Position numbers and translations under genes: made by a program. Positions 57,462 to 64,000 of a DNA stretch of 64,000 nucleotides are shown here, in pieces. The notes under the pieces are model-generated. The model saw nothing but the letters and a program-made list of their open reading frames with translations. It was not told the DNA's origin and did not search any database. Where the stretch lies: NCBI GenBank assembly GCA_050084985.1, contig JBITNC010000001.1:97588001-97652000 (forward strand). The letters run 5' to 3'. Position 1 is the first letter of the stretch; each line of letters begins with the position of its first letter. The DNA comes from Nageia nagi (taxonomy: Eukaryota > Plantae > Pinophyta).

Positions 57462-57803
57462 ATGGGTAGAAATAAGATCGAAATAAAAAGAGAGCATGAA
57501 GCGAGAAAAAGGAGGGAACGTTTCAAGAAGCGAGTAGGCGGGCTCTTTAATAAAGCTTACGAACTCTCTAAGCTCTGTGGATTGCCGCTCTGCGTTTTGG
57601 TGGGAGCAGAAGATGGGAATAATTATTTCTACGAGAGTGAAGAAAGAGGAAGAAGCCAATCTCAGTGCGAGTTAATAAAAGCTGCGTCTCATGTTGCGAA
57701 ATGTTGGAAGAAGCAGCCATTAAAAACCTATGTTCCTAGCAAAAAAGGCTTGTTTGTAGAATGCATCGGATTCAGAGAATATGTAAATGCAAGAAGAATA
57801 TGA
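57462..57803 (+). CDS. Type I (SRF-like) MADS-box transcription factor, intronless, 113 aa as read; possibly truncated by a frameshift
   Basis: MGRNKIEIKREHEARKRRERFKKRVGGLFNKAYELSKLCGLPLCVLV is a canonical MADS domain (MGR.KI.I..I....R...F.KR..GLFKKA.ELS.LC). There is no intron after the MADS box and no K-box. Confidence 0.9.
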   Translation: MGRNKIEIKREHEARKRRERFKKRVGGLFNKAYELSKLCGLPLCVLVGAEDGNNYFYESEERGRSQSQCELIKAASHVAKCWKKQPLKTYVPSKKGLFVECIGFREYVNARRI

Positions 57804-58157
57804 AAATGAATTAGAAGGTGAGGCAATGATCTCATGGTACGAGATTGAAGGAGAAGCGAATGCATCATCTCAAGTTCCAGTGGGATTTCAGGAATCATCA
57901 TTATCAAATAGTAGAGTGGAAATACAAGAGTTTGAGAATCATCCATTGCCATTACAAGCTCAGCAGCCTGACCTGCCTTCGCAGATAATACACCCGCAAT
58001 TTGTGCCGCCCCCATTCCACTAGAATTAGCTTTGGAGGTAGATTGGGATGCTCTCATCACAAATGATAATGCTCATACATATCCCTTGGACGCTTCTCCA
58101 CAATTCGATGATTACCCCTACCAAGGTGCCATCGATTTATGGGGAAATACCTTCTGA
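57787..58157 (+). pseudogene. Probable out-of-frame acidic C-terminal region of the MADS gene
   Basis: The +1 frame reads MQEEYENELEGEAMISWYEIEGE...QAQQPDL. The original MADS frame then resumes: PAFADNTPAICAAPIPLELALEVDWDALITNDNAHTYPLDASPQFDDYPYQGAIDLWGNTF* (57972-58157). Confidence 0.55.
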
Positions 58158-58252
58158 AATGTACCATTTTTCAAATGTATGTTTATCGCCTTTGGCGTAT
58201 GGATTGAATCCAAGATCTGTTGTTTGTCTCTCCTCATATATGTGTGGAGCCC

Positions 58253-58345
58253 AATTGTAATAAGAGGAAGTTGAGGCTGCATCCTTTCTATGAAAATGAT
58301 TTATAATTGTAATAAGAGGAAGTTGTTTTCTATAAAATGATTTAT
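58253..58345. repeat. ~52-bp direct duplication downstream of the MADS gene
   Basis: AATTGTAATAAGAGGAAGTTG...TTTCTAT(G)AAAATGATTTAT at 58253 and 58305. Confidence 0.85.
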
Positions 58346-58624
58346 TTTACCATGAATTCTGCTATTCTATACATTCAATTTTGAATTATATTCTACACAA
58401 CTTATGAGGTAACGCTTAGATGAGGAATTTTATATTCTACACAGTTCTGGGTATGAAAGAATCCATTTTGTGCATTTCTGGTGAACAAGAATCCATGAAG
58501 TTGTGGCTGCATCATGCCTACGCTTTCAAATTTCGCATACATGTCTTCAAGTTTAGTGCTTGTGTTTGACGACAATAGCAAACCTGAATTGATCTGGTTG
58601 GACTTCGCTGCTATTTCATTGAAT

Positions 58625-61600
58625 ATATGATAGCAATAATAATAACAAGTTAGTAGATCTTTCCATATATAAACTAGATATCTTCCTAAGCTAAGTAGAT
58701 GCATGAAGAAGATACATGGAGTTGTTGGAGGAGTAATGATACTACAAAAGGTTACTATAGGTGTTGGAGTGTTGAAGCTTAGATGTTGTGGTTGAAAAGT
58801 GAATGGTGACCATTCTCATCCACTTCAAGGAGATTTGTATAGTGAATTTGCTAAACATCTTTCTTTATACGACAAGAAGAAGGAGTATATGTAAACATAA
58901 ATATCTTTATCAATACATTGTAATTTAAAAAGGAGGGTTGAGGGGACATATATATTTCATGCATGTGCCCTCCCCCATAAAAATCTTCACAAATTTAGGA
59001 ACTTGAAGATAATAGATGACATTTTTAGATTTTTTGCATGAGTTTTTGATGCCCTCTTTTATGATTTATCTGCAATATAAGCATATTAAACGGTGGAAAT
59101 GGTATTTTAGGTGGTTTGAATGGTGGGATGATGCCCTTATTTATGATTTATTAATGAATTAGGTGTATTCAATATTAGAAAAATGTATTTGTGGTGAGGA
59201 ATTAGTTATAACAGCCAGCTACCCCATCCCCAAAGTCATCTCTGATAATTAGGCATTGAAATTTGTAGGAAATGGTTAGGGTCCTATATTTGCCAAGTGA
59301 AATGATAAATGGCATGAGGAAGTTTGATTCATTCATAACATAGGTCTCCCCTAACCCTCATATAGCTGTTTGGATTTAATTAGGCCATTCAATAGTTGAA
59401 ATATTATAGGAGATGGGTGGATGCTTGTCCTAGCCACAGAAAATGATAAATGGGTAGTAGGAGAAGGAATCATTATACCTTGTAGGTATTATTGATTCTA
59501 GTGGTGATGTTAAGTGAAGTTATGAATTTCGATTGATCTTGTTGCTTTATAGATTATAATTCATGGTGATGTTTTCATGTTTTGAGAAAACCCTTGAAGT
59601 CTATTTTTATTTCTTTTTGGCTACATACAGGTGATGGTTGGTTACCAAAAAGCATTGCAATAGGTTTGGAGAAATTGTTAAAACCCTAGAGATTCATTTG
59701 GTTGCATGGCTAAATTTGAGCTACATACATGGAATGGTTGGGTAAGGAAATAATTGTTATCCATATAATAGATTTCGAGAGCCTATACAAAAAACTCGAT
59801 TTTGATCAATCTATAGAAAACCACCTATTAGAGAGATCTAATAGGGATGTGAACCTCCAACTCCCGTATTTATAACTTGCAAGGAAATAGAAAGGAGTGA
59901 ATTCCAACTCATAGCAATAATATAATCATTTTTATATTCAAGATAATTTAAAATGTATGAACCATAGTAAATAATATTCCATTTAATATAGCACATGGCA
60001 TTGCATCATAATATCAACTTTATCTTGAAATTTGTAATATTGCTTTTAATACTCTTAGAAAAATCTAAAATATGATTTATTAAATAAATAATAAATCATT
60101 TTTAAGTGTCTATATTTTTCCCCTCTTTGGATATGAAATGAAAAACATTGAAATTGCATAATTTAAAGAATTTTAGAGAAGTGAAAAATTTTCAAAGTCA
60201 AAGTAGGCTTCCCTTTCACAATTCATATGCTAAGTATGATATCTCATTTGCCTCCTTTTGGTTTAGAATTTCCACTTATTTTCCATTTCTATGATATAAT
60301 CAGATCAAAATAATAGCAAGTATGCAAACTATACTTTTAGGTATCATGGAGGTCCTAATATTCAGGATAATATATGGGAACAAATGAAATAATACCCATA
60401 TAGATCATATACATGATAATGGTATTCAAGTTAAAAAGAGAAAGGATGAAATTAATATAATATTACATTGTAAACTACTATTGTTGCAACTCATAATCTA
60501 CAACCATTTAATTGATGAGGTACTTGATATGCCCCAAGATTTTTGTCTTTTTATCACATTGACCTAGAATTTTGTAGAAATTATGCTCATGGGGTGACCA
60601 TGACTTAGAGCTTTTGAAACACTATTAGTACAATATGCATTCTTTAAAGAAAATAGTTAGCAAGAGAAACATATGCATTATTATTTTTATGTGCCTAAAA
60701 TTCACAGATGTAGTGCCTTTATTTAGAAGATAATACTATTTTCATGATTCTAACATCCTAAATTCAATTTATAGAACGTCATGGGCATGTTTATTATCGT
60801 GGAATTAGCAAAACTTTTGTGTGATAAATTTGATCGTTGTTATCATTATAGGGCATTATTGTGAAAAAATGGCATTTTCATATCAATTTCACCAAAAATG
60901 TAAACCATAAATAATAAATTAACAAACCTCATAAATGAATATGTCTTTTTGAGTACTTGTGAAATAAGCTATCCAATGCTTACCTTCTGATCATCGATGA
61001 GCTCTAAGAAATCAAATTAACACTCAATCATATATAGTAACAAGTGCATTGATGCCATGAAAATAGTCAAATTTAGTGTGTAGATGCTCTAAAATCTAGA
61101 GAATCTGATCTCGTGCAAATAATAGAATATGATCATTGCAACTAAGGCATAACAAATCTACAGGTAATTGGTGATGTATAAAGACACAGTTTTAGTTCTG
61201 GTGCATTCCTTGGACTTGCTTGCATGTGGAATATTTTGCTTTCATGTTCCATTATAGATGCATTTATTCTAGAGATATACACCTTTTACATTGATGTGAG
61301 ATTTTTCATTCTATAGAATGTATCATTGATTTTCCTTAAATGTGATTCAAGTATTCAAATACTAATATTTATTTAATGTTCAAAGCATGCATATTTATAT
61401 TTTAAGAATAAAATATCATAAATTTTATTTGAAAATTTATGCAATGATGATAACATAAAAGAGAAAATTGTATGCATTTATTGAATATCTTAACAAGGAT
61501 GGGATTTATCATCGTACATAAGTGTTCTTGTACAATGATATTTTCATCAAATGAGCTTTCTTGAATCAATTATCTCCATTATGAACATTGATCAAGCATG

Positions 61601-64000
61601 ATGCTAACAAATAATATCATATGCAATACAAAATTCAACCTTGAAGGTCAAGTCAAAATAAGAAAAATGTATCAAAACAAATGGAGCGAAGCCTCGAGGA
61701 GGATAATGCATGTGATATGAACAAGTCAAGAGATTCCCTAGTGAGGATTGAGGAGAGCGATGGGAAGTTATGTAAGCAGAGTGGTAGAGGAGGAGGTGTG
61801 ATTCAAGCGGCAAAGAGAATAAGAATGGAGGTTTGGATCCAAAAATATATTTGAGAAGGAAAATAAATGCAATTTATTCAAGGAAAAGGATATATTGAAT
61901 ATAAATAAAAATGTAGGAGGCCTCAATTGAGGGTTTTGCACTCAAATCATGGCTATTATTATGCTTAGGGTTAAGATTGGAGAAAATGATTTTTATATAG
62001 ATCTTATTGAACATGGATATTGAACACTCATATGTAAAATAAGAGGAAGAAGATCATGCTTGATAGACCTCAAAGCTTTATCCATAAGAAATGGTCTGCA
62101 TCTTGTCATGTAACTTTGCTACCAATAAGTTTTTCTCTATTTATTTCTCAGACTTGGAAGATAGAAATTATGTATGGAAATATCGCTTTGACTAGTTTTT
62201 TTGTACAAGGGAGGATTTATATGAGAGAATAGTCTACTTAGTTTGATCCCTTCTTTGAAAAAATCTATTTATATTTAGTCTGGGTAAATATGTATGCCCT
62301 TCTAATTGAATTATGGGGATAAAATTCTTTATTAAAATTGGTAGTACACGTGGCTCCTATTGATATATGGATAAACTTACAAAAGAAAATTTGATAAGCA
62401 GAATCAACATTAGTAAAGCTAGATTAGTCATTTTGATGGACTCAAAAGATCCCTAGTAAAAAAATATTACTCTATCTTTTCTGAAAGGGGAATGGAACAA
62501 AAAAATTGAATATGAAAATTTCACACTCTTTTACTTTAGCTACCAACAAGAAGTCAAAAAATAAAGAATTATTCTTATGAAAATACTAGCATGAGCCACC
62601 CATCATGGCCTAGCTCAAACTAGAGTAATACCTGATATTGCAATAGGCGATACAAACCACTCTTAGAGATATGATAATGAAGTCTACTCTAACTACACCT
62701 AAATATCAACTCCTTAGTTACAATCTACCTAAGGCATTATATCCTTTAGGATATAACCCGACCTATCAAGACACCAAGGTCCTATTCCATTATGACACCA
62801 AGCTTGCTTAACCATGCATCATCACAGGATCCCAAAGGATCCCTAGCTCACCACCCAACCTTGAATATCTACTAGGTCATCACTATGGTAACACCTGAGC
62901 ACTTCGAGTAATTGTCCCATATAATCCAACCATCAGAATGGTTTCTTGTAAGCTATGCCCACCATGGTTACTCTAGTATGGTATTTTGTACCATGCTAAT
63001 GGTCTACATGGTCCAATAGGTTACTCTCTTCCCACTTGCACCACCATGAGAGTGTACCCTCTCATATTCTCTCCCACTTTAGAAATGGGTGGTATCTTCA
63101 CATTAGACAAACCTAGTCATAGATGACACATAGAATTCTTAGAGTAGATAATGAACCTAAAGAAGGATCTTCACTACCCTCTTGGAGTTTCAACCTTGAA
63201 GGTTTCATCCATCACTACCTCATAAGTGTATTTGTATGGAACACAATGGTAACATCACCTAATGAAGTCAATTTTGAATGTTAATATTACATAGCTCAAG
63301 AGAACTTCGAGAGTAACAAATACATAATCAAAACATGGTTCACATTAGATGCACTAATAATGGCTATTTTGATATATGATGATAGCATTTATATTCCCAC
63401 CACTAACCATAATATGCATGCCTTAAGTGGTACCACCTCATGTGCTAGTCTACATAGCACTACATGTATAGGCACAATCCAATTTCTCGTAATTCAACTC
63501 AAGTAACTCAAAAACCTTATCAAGCATGGATCTTAACTGAATTGAGATAGGATCTTCAACCACTTATGAGAATCCTAACCATGAGGTCGCAAAGGATTTG
63601 GTCTAATATGATAAATACTAAACATATGACATCATCCTCTTGTAGACTCGATTAGCAACACCAAGAGGAACACTTAACTATCCTTTTGAAGTACACTCCA
63701 TATTGCCCTAGTTTTATCCACCATAACATATTCATTTTTATCCATCTAATAAATTTTGATCCTACAAACTTAAACATAACCCTACACATCCATTATCTCA
63801 AAGGGTTTGATCAAAGTAGTACACACTACAACCAACACCCTTCTCGTCATACCCAAAATCCCACTAGTGAACTCACATAATAAGTAAATTCATTATAATT
63901 AGCTAGTTTTATTATGCTTTAGTGGGTTGGTTTATTTTTTTAGTATAAGGTCCATTTTATCTTAATTAATCCAAATGCCCTTCCCATGTGGTCATGAGGG
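58625..64000 (+). repeat. Segmental duplication copy C (runs off the window)
   Basis: Colinear with A 27645-33035 at an offset of ~31 kb. It shares A's lack of the Gag segment (junction TTTGATCAATCTAT at ~59801 and ~28816). Confidence 0.95.

Noticed and set aside
57783-57984. Intron (GTAAAT...GCAG) that might repair the MADS reading frame
   Set aside because: The splice phase leads into the short +1 frame rather than the long C-terminal frame, and the interval is purine-rich and coding-like.

Overview
This window is eukaryotic, not prokaryotic. It reads as AT-rich, CpG-depleted, repeat-rich plant nuclear DNA; a gymnosperm-like large genome is my inference from the long TE-filled introns and old retroelements. 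There are no operons, rRNA, tRNA or CRISPR arrays. Two host genes are recognisable. (1) A minus-strand, intron-split membrane protein of the cyanobacterial/plastid 'WDTKPxWCQPW' (DUF6737-like) family, with exon 1 at 13431-13088 and exon 2 at 10100-9959; no further exon was found in the window. (2) An intronless type I (SRF-like) MADS-box gene starting at 57462, whose acidic C-terminal half appears broken by frameshifts. The rest is decayed mobile DNA: two L1-type LINEs, a copia-type solo LTR, Ty3/gypsy gag/protease/PPT-LTR relics and a dUTPase+protease relic that may be pararetroviral. From ~25.6 kb to the end the window is a mosaic tandem segmental duplication: A 25.6-36.9 kb, B 39.4-50.6 kb, B' 50.6-53.8 kb, C 58.6-64 kb. 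The copies carry shared diagnostic deletions and a filler-DNA junction. A nearly erased second MADS copy appears to lie at ~38.5-39.2 kb. I see no convincing novel 'system'. The most interesting items are the MADS birth-and-death duplication architecture, the templated filler junction and the dUTPase relic. All alignments were done by eye.
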